From: an uncultured delta proteobacterium
Lineage (GTDB): Bacteria > Desulfobacterota > Syntrophorhabdia > Syntrophorhabdales > WCHB1-27
Direction: 5' to 3'
Length of the DNA: 64,000 nucleotides
Assembly (NCBI GenBank): GCA_963810935.1
Contig: CAWEPK010000005.1
Location: 288,001-352,000 of the forward strand
Numbering within the stretch: the stretch's first letter is position 1; the number at the start of each line of letters is the position of its first letter. Under the pieces are notes generated by a model, which did not search any database, was not told where the DNA came from, and saw nothing but the letters and a program-made list of their open reading frames with translations. The position numbers were made by a program, and so were the translations under genes. Of this stretch, positions 10,995-21,283 are shown piece by piece.

Positions 10995-11690
10995 TCAGAC
11001 CTGCTTGAAAAGATCGATCAGCATCGCAAGGAGCACCTTTGCCATGTAATAAACGGAGCGGATAGGCGTGATCGACGATATCCCATGCTCCCTGTAATTC
11101 ATTTCCACCGCGACCTCCGCCACCCCGAAATGCCTGAGGTGCGCCAGAAGCAGCGATTCCGGTTCGGGGTAATCCTGTGGGTACTCCCGGGCAAAGTATT
11201 CCATTACGGGCCTGCTCATCGCCCTGAAGCCGCTCGTCGCGTCCCTGCACTTTAGGCCCGAGCTCACCCGCAAAAAAAACGATATGACCGCGATGCCGAA
11301 GGACCTCATGAAAGGGACCCTATAGGTACTGCCAAGAAAACGCGAGCCGACCACTATATCGACCCCGTCTTCAAAGAGCCGCCCGGCGAGCTTCGGTATC
11401 TCGGACGGGGGGTGCTGCCCGTCCCCATCGACCTGGACGCAGGCGTCGAACCCCGCTGCGAGCGCGTATTTTATGCCCGCCTGCACAGCGCCGCCAATGC
11501 CTAAGTTTGTAGGCAGGTCGATGACGGTAGCGCCCGCGCGCTCCGCGTTGCCCGTCGTATCGTCGAGCGAGCAATCGTTTACTACGACCGGCTCGTAAGC
11601 GCTGCCCAGGTCCTTTATGCCCCAGACGACGGGCTGGATCGTCTTTTCCTCGTTATAAGCAGGCACAATCACGGCGATCCGTTTTTCCAT
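10995..11690 (-). CDS. Glycosyltransferase family 2 (DPM1-like)
   Basis: VPAYNEE, NLGIGGAVQAG, QVDGDGQH, DATSGFRA, DYPEPE. Confidence 0.9.
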   Translation of the reverse strand: MEKRIAVIVPAYNEEKTIQPVVWGIKDLGSAYEPVVVNDCSLDDTTGNAERAGATVIDLPTNLGIGGAVQAGIKYALAAGFDACVQVDGDGQHPPSEIPKLAGRLFEDGVDIVVGSRFLGSTYRVPFMRSFGIAVISFFLRVSSGLKCRDATSGFRAMSRPVMEYFAREYPQDYPEPESLLLAHLRHFGVAEVAVEMNYREHGISSITPIRSVYYMAKVLLAMLIDLFKQV

Positions 11691-11971
11691 GCAGTTACCG
11701 GGGCCGCCTTTGTCCTCTTACAGACCGGCGAAGACCCCTCAACCCTCCCTGGCGGCCGCCGCCTCTATAAGGGCGCACGCACCTGGCGCGGCAGCTAAGC
11801 CCGATGCTTCGTGCGCGCCGGGCGATCAATAACGAGATGCGCTTTGATTGCTCGCTACAACAAGACCAGGTGGTTATAATTGAGGTGCCGCGGGCATCCA
11901 TTGGACGTTTCCGGTTGTGCCTTCCGGCAGGCCCGTGCGATCAAGACGATGGGTCGATATATTGCGCAATG

Positions 11972-12042
11972 CTGGGGGACTAGGATTCGAACCTAGATAG
12001 CAAGATCCAGAGTCTTGAGTCCTGCCGTTAGACGATCCCCCA
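11972..12042 (-). tRNA. tRNA-Gln(CTG), CCA not encoded
   Basis: TGGGGGA acceptor stem, anticodon arm CAAGA-CTCTGGA-TCTTG, GGTTCGAATCC. Confidence 0.93.
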
Positions 12043-12063
12043 CCTGTAATGGTCAGATATTCG

Positions 12064-12672
12064 CTAATCGGCCTGCTCCTGCTTCACCTGCTTCTTGCCG
12101 GCCGCTCGCGCAGGTTTTTTCGTTTCAGCATTTTCCGCTTTCTCTTCTTTCGCCTTCTTCTCTTTCTTCGGCGCCTTCTTCTCTTCTTTCTTGCCCTTTT
12201 CCGCCTCGGCCTTCTCTTTCTTGGGCGCCTTGGCCTTCTCCTGCTTTTCCGTTTCCTTCTTCGGCGCAGCCTTCTTAGAGGCCTTCTTTGCCTCTTTCTT
12301 CTGATCCTTCTCTTCCTTCTTCCGGGTCAGCTCGATCAATGCCATAGGTGCCGCGTCCCCTTTTCTGGGACCCAGCTTGAGGACCCGTGTGTAGCCCCCG
12401 TTGACGCCATCATATCTCGCTCCGATGTCCGCAAAGAGCTTCTTTACCACTCCTTTGTCGCGCAGGATGGCGAAGGCGTGGCGCATTGCGTGCGTGCCGC
12501 CGCTTTTTGCCATGGTAATGAGCCTTTCGGCCACGCGCCGAAGCTCCAGCGCCTTCGGATTGGTCGTCTTGATGCTCTCGTGGTAGAAGAGGGAGGCGGC
12601 CAGATTACGAAACAGCGCCTTCCTGTGGCTCGAAGTCCTGCTTAGCTTCCTGCCTGATTTCAAATGCCTCAT
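12064..12672 (-). CDS. rplQ: 50S ribosomal protein L17 with ~86-aa Lys/Glu/Ala-rich tail
   Basis: [36 protein letters not shown]. Confidence 0.96.
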   Translation of the reverse strand: MRHLKSGRKLSRTSSHRKALFRNLAASLFYHESIKTTNPKALELRRVAERLITMAKSGGTHAMRHAFAILRDKGVVKKLFADIGARYDGVNGGYTRVLKLGPRKGDAAPMALIELTRKKEEKDQKKEAKKASKKAAPKKETEKQEKAKAPKKEKAEAEKGKKEEKKAPKKEKKAKEEKAENAETKKPARAAGKKQVKQEQAD

Positions 12673-12682
12673 GGTGCACCCT

Positions 12683-13714
12683 CTATACTTGGTCTTTCCT
12701 TCTCTGCGCCATCCTGTCGAGGTCTTCTCTCGGCGGGAAGTTATCCAGCCTTATGCCGAGCTTCAGCCCCATGCACGCGAGTATCTCTTTTATCTCGTTA
12801 AGCGATTTACGCCCAAAATTCTTCGTCATCAGGATTTCCTGCTCGCTCTTTTGCACGAGCTCGCCGATGTACTTGATGTCGGCGTTCTTCAGGCAGTTGG
12901 CGCTCCTGACCGACAGCTCCAGCTCATCGACGTTCCTGTAAAGGTTGTCGTTGAATTCCTGCCTCTCCCCTTCCTTAAGCTCGCCGCCTTCCATGTCGAG
13001 GGGCTCCTCGAAATTGATGAAGATGCGCATCTGCTCCCGTATGATCTTGGCCGCAAAAGAGAGGGCATCCAGCGCGCTGATGCTCCCGTCAGTCGCGATC
13101 TCCATGGTCAGCTTGTCGTAATCCGTCCTGAAGCCGACGCGCGCCGGGGTTACGTTATAGCTCACCCTTTTGACCGGGGAGAATATCGAGTCGATGGGCG
13201 TCGTACCGATGGGCTCTTCTTCGTCGCGGTTCCTCTCGGCAGGCACGTACCCTCTGCCGATCTTCGCCTTCATCTCCATGTAAAGCTTCGCCTCGTCGCT
13301 CAACGTGGCGATATGATGCTCCGGGTTTATGACCTCCACGCCCCCCTCGGAAATGATATCCCCCGCCTTAACCACGCCTTCGCCTTTGGCGTCGATCTTC
13401 AGGGTCTTGATGCGGTCGTCATCTATGCGGAGCACGACTTTTTTCAGGTTGAGAATGACCTCGGTGACGTCTTCCTTCACGCCCCTGACCGTGGAGAACT
13501 CATGGTCTACGCCGTCGATCTTCACGGAGGTGATGGCAGCACCCATAATCGAGGAGAGGAGCACCCTTCTCAGCGAATTGCCTATTGTGATCCCATAGCC
13601 CCGCTCGAAAGGCTCCGCCGAAAACCGGACGTAATAAACGGAGCACGTCTCCCTCTCTATATCGATTTTCGTTGGCTTGATCAACTCCTGCCAATTTTTT
13701 TCGAACATGTACAT
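12683..13714 (-). CDS. rpoA: RNA polymerase alpha subunit
   Basis: [42 protein letters not shown]. Confidence 0.98.
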   Translation of the reverse strand: MYMFEKNWQELIKPTKIDIERETCSVYYVRFSAEPFERGYGITIGNSLRRVLLSSIMGAAITSVKIDGVDHEFSTVRGVKEDVTEVILNLKKVVLRIDDDRIKTLKIDAKGEGVVKAGDIISEGGVEVINPEHHIATLSDEAKLYMEMKAKIGRGYVPAERNRDEEEPIGTTPIDSIFSPVKRVSYNVTPARVGFRTDYDKLTMEIATDGSISALDALSFAAKIIREQMRIFINFEEPLDMEGGELKEGERQEFNDNLYRNVDELELSVRSANCLKNADIKYIGELVQKSEQEILMTKNFGRKSLNEIKEILACMGLKLGIRLDNFPPREDLDRMAQRRKDQV

Positions 13715-13739
13715 GGCTCCTCCTTGAGGGGGAAAGAAA

Positions 13740-14360
13740 CTAACGGGAATAGTACTCTACGATGAGCTGCTCTTTAATGGGCACAGAGATATCTTCCCTG
13801 GTCGGCAAAAGCCTTATCTTGCCCGTCATCGCTTCCTTATCCAGCTCGAGCCACGAGGGAAGGCCCCTTCGCACGACTGACTCCAGGGCGTTCTTTACCG
13901 AAGGCAGTTCTTTGTGCCTGACGTTGATCGCGTCGCCCTCGCGCACGAGATACGATGGGATGTTCACCGTCTTTCCGTTAACCGAGACGTGGGAGTGAGA
14001 TACGACCTGGCGGGCCTCTTTCCTGGAAACTGCGAAGCCGAGGCGGTACACCATGTTATCCAGCCGTCTTTCGAGAAAAACGAGCAGGTTTGTGCCGGTT
14101 ACGCCTTTCGTTTTCTCCGCCATGACGAAAAACCGCTTGAACTGGTTTTCCGTGAGGCCGTACAGCCTCTTCACCTTCTGTTTCTCGCGGAGGCGGATGC
14201 CGTATTCCGTCATCTTAGTCCTTGTCTCGACGTGCACTCCGGGCGGATAGTTCCTCTTCTCCACCTCGCACTTCTCGGTGTAGCATTTCTCCCCTTTCTC
14301 GAAGAGCTTCATGCCCTCTCTCCGGCAAATCTTGCACACAGGTCCCGTATATCTCGACAA
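13740..14360 (-). CDS. rpsD: 30S ribosomal protein S4
   Basis: [34 protein letters not shown]. Confidence 0.98.
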   Translation of the reverse strand: MSRYTGPVCKICRREGMKLFEKGEKCYTEKCEVEKRNYPPGVHVETRTKMTEYGIRLREKQKVKRLYGLTENQFKRFFVMAEKTKGVTGTNLLVFLERRLDNMVYRLGFAVSRKEARQVVSHSHVSVNGKTVNIPSYLVREGDAINVRHKELPSVKNALESVVRRGLPSWLELDKEAMTGKIRLLPTREDISVPIKEQLIVEYYSR

Positions 14361-14369
14361 TTTCTCCTC

Positions 14370-14759
14370 CTAGACTCTTCTTCTTTTTGGCGGCCTGCAC
14401 CCGTTATGGGGTATAGGAGTAACATCTTTTATGAGATGGATTTTCAGGCCGGCGCTCTGGATCGCGCGCAACGCGGCCTCCCGGCCGGCGCCCGGTCCCT
14501 TTATATAGACGTCGACTGTCCTCATGCCTTGCTCTATCGCCTTTTTTGCAGCGTTCTCGGCGGCAAGCTGCGCAGCGAAGGGGGTGCTCTTCCGCGAGCC
14601 TTTGAAACCGGCAATACCGCCGCTCGACCACGAAACTACGTTCCCCTGCGGGTCCGCAATGGTGATGATAGTGTTGTTAAAGCTCGACTGTATATGCACT
14701 TCCCCTACGGGGATGTTCCTCTTAACCTTCTTTTTGCCGGTCTTTCGCACCTTCGCCAT
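14370..14759 (-). CDS. rpsK: 30S ribosomal protein S11
   Basis: [37 protein letters not shown]. Confidence 0.98.
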   Translation of the reverse strand: MAKVRKTGKKKVKRNIPVGEVHIQSSFNNTIITIADPQGNVVSWSSGGIAGFKGSRKSTPFAAQLAAENAAKKAIEQGMRTVDVYIKGPGAGREAALRAIQSAGLKIHLIKDVTPIPHNGCRPPKRRRV

Positions 14760-14768
14760 TTCGCCCCC

Positions 14769-15137
14769 TTACTTCTTTCTCTTCATCGAGGTCTTGCGCG
14801 GTCCTTTCCTGGTCCTCGAGTTCGTTCGCGTCCTCTGGCCATGGACCGGCAGCCCCTTTCTGTGCCGCAGGCCGCGGTAACAGCCGATGTCCATCAACCT
14901 TTTTATATTGATGCCGATCTCTTTGCGGAGGTCGCCCTCGATCTTGTGGTCCCGTTCTATTATGTCCCTGATCTTGGCTACCTCTTCCTCGGTCAGCATG
15001 TTCGTCCGCTTATCCGGGTCGATGCCTGCCTGCGAGAGTATCTGGTTCGAGAGAGGCCTGCCTATGCCGTAGAGGTAGGTAAGGGCAATCTCTATCCGTT
15101 TCTCTCTCGGGATGTCAACACCAGCAATTCGCGCCAC
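14769..15137 (-). CDS. rpsM: 30S ribosomal protein S13
   Basis: [30 protein letters not shown]. Confidence 0.98.
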   Translation of the reverse strand: MARIAGVDIPREKRIEIALTYLYGIGRPLSNQILSQAGIDPDKRTNMLTEEEVAKIRDIIERDHKIEGDLRKEIGINIKRLMDIGCYRGLRHRKGLPVHGQRTRTNSRTRKGPRKTSMKRKK

Positions 15138-15148
15138 CACAAACCTCC

Positions 15149-15262
15149 TTAACCCTGTCTCTGCTTATGCTTGGGGTTTTCGCAAATAACCCTTATAATC
15201 CCTTTTCTCTTGATTATCTTGCATTTGTCGCAACGCTTCTGCACCGAAGGTCTTACCTTCAT
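15149..15262 (-). CDS. rpmJ: 50S ribosomal protein L36 (not in ORF track)
   Basis: Manual translation [37 protein letters not shown]. Confidence 0.96.
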   Translation of the reverse strand: MKVRPSVQKRCDKCKIIKRKGIIRVICENPKHKQRQG

Positions 15263-15273
15263 AACAAACCCCC

Positions 15274-15329
15274 TACTTCGCCCTGTAAATTATCCTGCCT
15301 CTCGTCAAATCGTACGGCGAGAGCTCGAC
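15274..15329 (-). repeat. 56-bp exact duplicate of the infA 3' end (other copy 15409-15464)
   Basis: Direct alignment of the two segments, period 135 bp. Confidence 0.95.
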
Positions 15330-15406
15330 CAATTATTGGGGCTTGCGTCGCCCCCTCCGGCGGCCAAGCCGCCGGAGCCTCCCCCTCAACAAAAGGAAGA
15401 GGCATT
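15330..15406 (-). repeat. 77-bp structured repeat element, copy A (infA-rpmJ junction)
   Basis: 70/77 identical to 23571-23647; three hairpins. Confidence 0.9.
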
Positions 15407-15407
15407 G

Positions 15408-15626
15408 TTACTTCGCCCTGTAAATTATCCTGCCTCTCGTCAAATCGTACGGCGAGAGCTCGACGATAACCTTATCGCCAGGTAAAATCTTTATATAATT
15501 CATACGCATCTTTCCGGAAACATGGGCCAATACCCTGTGGCCGTTAGGCAGCGCCACCCTGAACATCGCGTTAGGCAGAGGCTCCACCACCGTGCCTTCT
15601 ACTTCTATCCCTTCACCTTTTGGCAT
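15408..15626 (-). CDS. infA: Translation initiation factor IF-1
   Basis: [46 protein letters not shown]. Confidence 0.98.
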   Translation of the reverse strand: MPKGEGIEVEGTVVEPLPNAMFRVALPNGHRVLAHVSGKMRMNYIKILPGDKVIVELSPYDLTRGRIIYRAK

Positions 15627-15632
15627 AGGCCC

Positions 15633-16385
15633 TCATATAGCGCTCAATATCTCCGCCCCCTTCTCCGTGAGGGCGACAGTGTGCTCGAAATGTGCCGAAA
15701 GTCTTCCGTCCCTGGTAGCGGCAGTCCATCCATTCTCCCTGATTACTATATCGCTCGTACCTTCGTTTATCATGGGCTCGATAGCGAGCACCATGCCCTT
15801 TTTCAGCCGCACGCCCGTCCCCCTCGTGCCGAAGTTGGGTATCTGCGGCTCTTCGTGCAGGTGCCTGCCGATGCCGTGGCCGACAAACTCCCGCACTACG
15901 GAAAAACCCTCGGACTCCACGTAGGACTGGACGGCATTGGAAACGTCGTGGAGCCTGCCTCCTTCCCGGACTTCGTCTATACCTTTGTAAAGCGACGCCT
16001 CGGTAACCGAAAGCAGCTTGCGCGCCGCCTCCGATATCTCGCCCACCGGGCAGGTCAACGCAGCGTCGCCATAATAACCTTCGTAAATAGCCCCGAAATC
16101 GAGGCTGACTATGTCCCCTTCTTTGAGGACGCGCTTTTCCGACGGCATCCCGTGGACGATTTCATCATTCACGGAGACGCACAGGCAGTACGGGAACCCA
16201 TTGTAACCTTTGAAGGCCGCCTTTATGCCGTTGCGTTTGGCCAGCATCCCCTCGCACGCCGCTTCCAGGTCCGACGTCCGCACGCCCTCACCAACGTGTT
16301 CTTTCAGCTCCAGCAGCACCTCCATCGCGTACCGGCTGGCAGTCCGCATCCTGCCTATCTCTTGTGCGCTCTTGAGGGTGATCAT
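15633..16385 (-). CDS. map: Methionine aminopeptidase type I
   Basis: CVSVNDEIVHG, GHGIG..LHEEP, AIEPM, SAHFEHT. Confidence 0.97.
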   Translation of the reverse strand: MITLKSAQEIGRMRTASRYAMEVLLELKEHVGEGVRTSDLEAACEGMLAKRNGIKAAFKGYNGFPYCLCVSVNDEIVHGMPSEKRVLKEGDIVSLDFGAIYEGYYGDAALTCPVGEISEAARKLLSVTEASLYKGIDEVREGGRLHDVSNAVQSYVESEGFSVVREFVGHGIGRHLHEEPQIPNFGTRGTGVRLKKGMVLAIEPMINEGTSDIVIRENGWTAATRDGRLSAHFEHTVALTEKGAEILSAI

Positions 16386-16421
16386 CCGTCAAGCCCGCAC
16401 GCAGCGATTGTGCCTCCCATG

Positions 16422-17729
16422 CTACCTTCTCCCCTTTATCCTCGCCGACTTCTTCACAAGACCGTCGTAATGGCGCAGTATAAGATGCGACTCGATCTGC
16501 TGAATCGTGTCGAGACCGACGCCGACCACAATGAGGAGGGCGGTCCCACCGAAATAGAAGGGGGCGTTGAACTTCTGGACCAGGATCGTCGGCAGCACGC
16601 AGACGAACGATATGTAGACGGCGCCCGAAAAGGTAATCCTCGAAAGGATGCGCTCGATGTACTCGGAGGTCTTCTTGCCGGGCCGTATGCCCGGTATATA
16701 TCCGCCGTACTTCTTCATGTTATCGGCTACGTTGTCCGGATTGAAAACGATGGCCGTATAGAAAAAGCAGAAGAAGATGATAAAGCCGACATAAAGCACC
16801 TCGTACCCCACACCGCCGGGGGTAAGGAGCGCTGCAAACCTCTTCATGTAGGGGTGCTGGATGAAATTTGCGATCGTCGCCGGAAACATGATAATGGATG
16901 ACGCGAATATCGGCGGGATGACGCCTGCCTGGTTAATCTTCAGGGGCAGGTGCGTCGATTGGCCCCCGTACATCTTCCTCCCCACTACGCGCTTCGCGTA
17001 CTGGACCGGTATCCTTCTCTGGGCCGTCTCCATGTAGATAATGAAGGCCACGACGACGAACATCATGACCATGAGTAGGATGACGACGAACCAGTTCATC
17101 TCACCCGTGTTCACGAGGCTGCCGGTGCTGGCCAGGGCGTTGGGCATTCTCGCCACGATGCCGGAGAATATGATGAGGGAAATGCCGTTGCCTATGCCTT
17201 TCTCCGTGATCTGCTCGCCGAGCCACATCAGAAAGGACGTGCCGGCGCAAAGGGTAAGCATGGTCATGAGCCTGAAGGACCAGCCTGCGTTATAGACGAC
17301 GAGCTCCCCGCCCGCGCCGCGCATCTGCTCAAGCCCAACGGCGATGCCGAACCCCTGGATGAGGCTTATTACGACCGTCCCGTACCGGGTGTACTGGGTG
17401 ATTTTCCGCCTGCCCGCCTCCCCTTCCTTTGACAACTTCTCGAGGGTAGGCACGACGACCGTAAGGAGCTGCAATATGATCGATGCGCTGATGTACGGCA
17501 TGATGCCGAGGGCGAAGACGGACAGCTTTTCGAGGCCGCCCCCCGCGAACATGTCGAAGAAGCCCAAGAGCGTGCCCCTTGCCCGCTCGAATATGCTCGC
17601 CAGAACCGTGCCGTCTACACCCGGCGTCGGAATGTGGACCCCTATGCGGTAAACTGCGAGAAGCGCGAGGGTCATCAGTATCCTGCGCTTCAGTTCCGGG
17701 ATCCTTCCGATGTTCTGGAAACCACTCAT
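16422..17729 (-). CDS. secY: Preprotein translocase subunit SecY
   Basis: FALGIMPYISASII, GIGNGISLII, YIPGIRPG, FGGTALLIVV. Confidence 0.98.
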   Translation of the reverse strand: MSGFQNIGRIPELKRRILMTLALLAVYRIGVHIPTPGVDGTVLASIFERARGTLLGFFDMFAGGGLEKLSVFALGIMPYISASIILQLLTVVVPTLEKLSKEGEAGRRKITQYTRYGTVVISLIQGFGIAVGLEQMRGAGGELVVYNAGWSFRLMTMLTLCAGTSFLMWLGEQITEKGIGNGISLIIFSGIVARMPNALASTGSLVNTGEMNWFVVILLMVMMFVVVAFIIYMETAQRRIPVQYAKRVVGRKMYGGQSTHLPLKINQAGVIPPIFASSIIMFPATIANFIQHPYMKRFAALLTPGGVGYEVLYVGFIIFFCFFYTAIVFNPDNVADNMKKYGGYIPGIRPGKKTSEYIERILSRITFSGAVYISFVCVLPTILVQKFNAPFYFGGTALLIVVGVGLDTIQQIESHLILRHYDGLVKKSARIKGRR

Positions 17730-18172
17730 TATTGGATTACCTCCACTTCGCCACCCTGGGCCTTTATCTTATCTATGGCCTTCTGCGACGCTTTGTGGAC
17801 CTTTATTTTGACGGCGAAATCGATATCGCCGTTGGAAAGCAGCTTGACCCCGTCCAGCACCTTGTCGATCAGCCCGGTTTCGAGAAGCTCCTTTAGGCCA
17901 ACTTCCGCTGTCCCTTTCAGGGCCTGCAGGTCGCCGACTTTCACGATGGCGTACTCCTTCCTGAACGGGTTCTTGAAGCCGCGCTTCGGTATCCGGCGGG
18001 ACAGAGGCATCTGGCCGCCCTCGAAGCCTTTTCCCTTCGAGGCACCTGCACGCGCCTTCTGGCCCTTGTTGCCCATGGTAGCCGTTTTGCCGTGGCCGGA
18101 ACCGGGGCCCCTTCCGATCCGCTTTCTAGCCTTTTTTGAGCCGGGGCGGCTCTTCAAGTCTTCCAGTTTCAT
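17729..18172 (-). CDS. rplO: 50S ribosomal protein L15
   Basis: GRGPGSGHGKT, GFEGGQMPL..RIPKRGF. Confidence 0.97.
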   Translation of the reverse strand: MKLEDLKSRPGSKKARKRIGRGPGSGHGKTATMGNKGQKARAGASKGKGFEGGQMPLSRRIPKRGFKNPFRKEYAIVKVGDLQALKGTAEVGLKELLETGLIDKVLDGVKLLSNGDIDFAVKIKVHKASQKAIDKIKAQGGEVEVIQ

Positions 18173-18358
18173 TTATCTTACGTCCTCCAGCACGGATACC
18201 AGGTGGATCACCTTCTTGACCATGCCCCGTATCTCGGGCGAGTTCTTGACGACCCGCTCTTCATAGAGCCTTTTGAAGCCCAGGCTTTTCACCGTGCTTC
18301 TCTGGTCCTCCGTGCACGATATCGTGCTCTTCACCCATTTTATCTTGAGGTGTGCCAC
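18173..18358 (-). CDS. rpmD: 50S ribosomal protein L30
   Basis: KSTI..QRSTVKSLG..IRGMV; position in spc operon. Confidence 0.9.
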   Translation of the reverse strand: MAHLKIKWVKSTISCTEDQRSTVKSLGFKRLYEERVVKNSPEIRGMVKKVIHLVSVLEDVR

Positions 18359-18361
18359 GTG

Positions 18362-18862
18362 TTATGCCTCCTCCGGCTTCGATGTCTGCCTGGGGACGAC
18401 CAGACGCGGCTTCAGCGTGGCCAGCCCCTGCATCGTAGCCTTCACCACGTTATGCGGATTACGCGAGCCGTAACACTTCGTGTATATATTGCGGATGCCG
18501 GCCACCTCGACGACGGCCCGCACTGCGCCGCCGGCGATAACGCCGGTACCTTCGGAGGCCGGTTTGATGAAGACGTGGCTCGACCCGTATATGCCCGTTA
18601 TCTCGTAAGGCACCGTGCCCCGGTTGATGGGCACTTCGATGATGCCTTTCTTGGCACGCTCGACGGCCTTCCTGATGGCGTCGGGGACCTCGTTCGCCTT
18701 CCCGAGGCCGAACCCTACGTGGCCGTTCCCGTCTCCCACCACCACGATGGCGCTGAAGCTGAACCTTCTGCCGCCCTTCACGACCTTCGCTACGCGGTTT
18801 ATGTTAACCACTCTGTCCTGCAGCTCGAGCTCTGCCGGGTCAATCCGCTTCTTTTCGATCAA
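18362..18862 (-). CDS. rpsE: 30S ribosomal protein S5
   Basis: [22 protein letters not shown]. Confidence 0.98.
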   Translation of the reverse strand: MIEKKRIDPAELELQDRVVNINRVAKVVKGGRRFSFSAIVVVGDGNGHVGFGLGKANEVPDAIRKAVERAKKGIIEVPINRGTVPYEITGIYGSSHVFIKPASEGTGVIAGGAVRAVVEVAGIRNIYTKCYGSRNPHNVVKATMQGLATLKPRLVVPRQTSKPEEA

Positions 18863-18874
18863 GCCGAATCCTCC

Positions 18875-19240
18875 TTAAAAGATTAGTCCGCCCTCGCGAG
18901 CGCCGTCCGCAAGTGCCTTGACCCTGCCGTGATACTTGAAGCCGCTACGATCGAAAAGAATCTCTTTCACGCCGAGGGCCAGCGCCTTCTTCGCCATCGC
19001 CTCACCCACCGCCTTGGCGCTCGCGGTGTTGCCGCCGTGCTTGATTCCGCCTTTCACTTCGGCGGTCAGCGTGGAGACGCCCGTGATCACCTTGCCCGTC
19101 CCGTCGTCCACGAGCTGCGCGTACATGTGCCGCAGGCTCTTGAAGACGCAGAGTCTCGGCCGGGCGGCAGTCCCGGAGATCTTCTTCCGGACCCTCTTCT
19201 TCCTCTTCAGCCTTCCCTCTATTTTATCTTTTCTTTCCAT
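18875..19240 (-). CDS. rplR: 50S ribosomal protein L18
   Basis: RPRLCVFKS, FDRSGFKYHGRVKALAD. Confidence 0.97.
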   Translation of the reverse strand: MERKDKIEGRLKRKKRVRKKISGTAARPRLCVFKSLRHMYAQLVDDGTGKVITGVSTLTAEVKGGIKHGGNTASAKAVGEAMAKKALALGVKEILFDRSGFKYHGRVKALADGAREGGLIF

Positions 19241-19252
19241 CGCTAACGCCCC

Positions 19253-19789
19253 TTATTTGCCTGTCTTACCCGCCTTCTTGCGCAGCACCTCGCCCGCATA
19301 TTTGACGCCCTTGCCCTTATAAGGGTCGGGCTTCCTCAAATCCCTTATCTTCGCGGCCGTCTGGCCGACCAGCTCCTTGTCTATCCCCTTGATGGTGACT
19401 AGGGTCTGTTTCTCCACTTCCGCAGATATGCCTTTCGGCAGCGGGAAATCTATCGGGTGCGAATAGCCGAGATAGAGGGCAAGGCTGGTGCCTTTCAGCT
19501 CCGACCGGTAGCCGATGCCGACGATCTCCAGCTTCTTTTCGTAGCCCTTCGACACACCCTCGACCATGTTGGCCACGAGGGTTCGCATGAGGCCGTGGTA
19601 GCTCCTCGACCGCTTGTCGTCGGCCAGCCTCTTCACGTTGACCACAGCAGCCCCGATGTCCATCTCGATACCTTCGAGGAGCGGCCTTTCGAGCGCCCCT
19701 TTCTGGCCTTTTACCGATACCAGCCCATCCTTGATATCAACGTTGACTCCGGAGGGCAGGGGTATGGGTTTTTTTCCTATCCTTGACAT
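19253..19789 (-). CDS. rplF: 50S ribosomal protein L6
   Basis: MSRIGKKP, PDPYKGKGV. Confidence 0.98.
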   Translation of the reverse strand: MSRIGKKPIPLPSGVNVDIKDGLVSVKGQKGALERPLLEGIEMDIGAAVVNVKRLADDKRSRSYHGLMRTLVANMVEGVSKGYEKKLEIVGIGYRSELKGTSLALYLGYSHPIDFPLPKGISAEVEKQTLVTIKGIDKELVGQTAAKIRDLRKPDPYKGKGVKYAGEVLRKKAGKTGK

Positions 19790-19797
19790 CTAACACC

Positions 19798-20199
19798 TCA
19801 CCAGATCCGAAAGAGCAGTTCCCCTCCCAGGCGCTTGTCGATGGCCTGCTTATCGGTCATAAGCCCCCTGGATGTTGAGACGACCGCCGTTCCGAGCTTG
19901 CCTTTCTCTCGTCCTATGTCCAGGGCCTTCACGTAGACCCGCCTGCCGGGCTTGCTGATTCTGCGCAGCCCTGAGATCACGCTTTTCGAGCGTTCGTCGT
20001 AGCCGATGTAAACCTTTATGAACTTCTTCCGCGCCTCATCTACGAAAACCTTGTAGTTCCTGAGGTAGCCTTCTTCCTTGAGGAGCCTGGCGATGGAGAA
20101 CTTCGCCGTCGAATAAGGCATATCGGTCCATTCATGGCGCACCATGACTGCGTTCCTTATTCTTGTCAGCATGTCGGCTATCGGATCTGTAGTTATCAT
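19798..20199 (-). CDS. rpsH: 30S ribosomal protein S8
   Basis: DPIADMLTRIRNA, RISKPGRRVY, STSRG. Confidence 0.97.
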   Translation of the reverse strand: MITTDPIADMLTRIRNAVMVRHEWTDMPYSTAKFSIARLLKEEGYLRNYKVFVDEARKKFIKVYIGYDERSKSVISGLRRISKPGRRVYVKALDIGREKGKLGTAVVSTSRGLMTDKQAIDKRLGGELLFRIW

Positions 20200-20207
20200 T
20201 TATCCTC

Positions 20208-20394
20208 CTACCAGGCTCGATTTGATAACCCCGGGCAGCTCGCCTCTCAGGGCAAGCGACCGGAAGCAGATCCTGCACATCTCGAACTTGCCGATGTAGC
20301 CGCGCGGTCTCCCGCAGATAGTACACCTGTTTCTGGATCTCACCCCAAATTTCGGGGCCCGGTTCGCCTTCTCGATCATGCCCTTTCGCGCCAT
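20208..20394 (-). CDS. rpsN: 30S ribosomal protein S14, zinc-binding type (apparent +1 base at 20214-20215)
   Basis: [15 protein letters not shown]; removing one base restores the conserved KSSW-stop end. Confidence 0.95.
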
Positions 20395-20402
20395 CACTCC
20401 TC

Positions 20403-20945
20403 CTAGCTTCTGAAAGGCATGCCCATGAGCTTCAAAAGCTCAAATGCCTCTTCGTCGTTGATTGCCGTAGTTGCGATCGTGATATTCATGCCTCTCACCC
20501 GGTCGACCTTGTCGTACTCGATCTCGGGGAAGATGATCTGTTCCTTTAAGCCTAGAGTGTAGTTCCCCCTGCCGTCGAACGACTTCGCGGAGACGCCCTT
20601 GAAGTCCCTGACCCTCGGCAGAACGATGGTCACGAGCTTCTGGTAGAACTCGTACATCCGCTCGCGCCGCAGAGTGACCATACAGCCGATGGGCATACCC
20701 TTGCGGAGCTTGAAGGAAGCTATCGACTTGCTCGCCTTCGTGATAACGGGCTTCTGCCCCGCGATCAGGGCCATGTCGCCGGAGGCGGCATCGAGGGCCT
20801 TGATATTCTGGATGGCCTCCCCAAGACCCATGTTGAGCACGACCTTGGTCAGTCTGGGCGCCTGCATCACGTTCTTGTACTTAAACTTACGTATTAATGC
20901 AGGCCGTATCTCTTTTTCATACTGCTCCATATACGCCGTTTTCAC
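20403..20945 (-). CDS. rplE: 50S ribosomal protein L5
   Basis: [29 protein letters not shown]. Confidence 0.97.
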   Translation of the reverse strand: MKTAYMEQYEKEIRPALIRKFKYKNVMQAPRLTKVVLNMGLGEAIQNIKALDAASGDMALIAGQKPVITKASKSIASFKLRKGMPIGCMVTLRRERMYEFYQKLVTIVLPRVRDFKGVSAKSFDGRGNYTLGLKEQIIFPEIEYDKVDRVRGMNITIATTAINDEEAFELLKLMGMPFRS

Positions 20946-20953
20946 TACCCCTC

Positions 20954-21277
20954 CTACTTGTCGAAGACCTCGTTGCACTTCTTGCAGTATCGAGACTTCT
21001 TGCCGTCTTCGAGGACGCGCGTCCCCGCCCTGACGGGCTTGGAGCATTTGTCGCAATACATCATGACGTTCGAAACGTGGATGGCGCTCTCCCGCTCCAT
21101 GATGCCGCCCTTGGTCTTCTGGCTGGGCCGCACGTGGCGCTTGATCATGTTCACCTTTTCCACTATGATCCGGTCTGTCTTTCGGTTTATGCGGAGAACT
21201 TTGCCGGTCTTACCCTTGTCTTTCCCCGCCATCACCATGACCGTGTCATTCTTTTTGACGTGATATGCCTTTTCCAT
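20954..21277 (-). CDS. rplX: 50S ribosomal protein L24
   Basis: KOW motif [21 protein letters not shown]. Confidence 0.97.
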   Translation of the reverse strand: MEKAYHVKKNDTVMVMAGKDKGKTGKVLRINRKTDRIIVEKVNMIKRHVRPSQKTKGGIMERESAIHVSNVMMYCDKCSKPVRAGTRVLEDGKKSRYCKKCNEVFDK

Positions 21278-21283
21278 GCTACC

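Noticed and set aside
11691..11971. Possible ncRNA or integrated element next to tRNA-Gln
   Set aside because: Only weak hairpins; no recognisable RNA motif, no tRNA 3' duplication and no integrase.
15274..15464. CRISPR-like repeat-spacer-repeat
   Set aside because: Only two 56-bp repeats, which are infA coding sequence; the spacer is itself a repeat; no cas genes.
15167..15485. Plus-strand ORFs with internal peptide repeats
   Set aside because: Antisense shadows of rpmJ/infA and the duplication.
16386..16421. adk absent between secY and map
   Set aside because: adk position is variable among bacteria, so its absence here is unremarkable.
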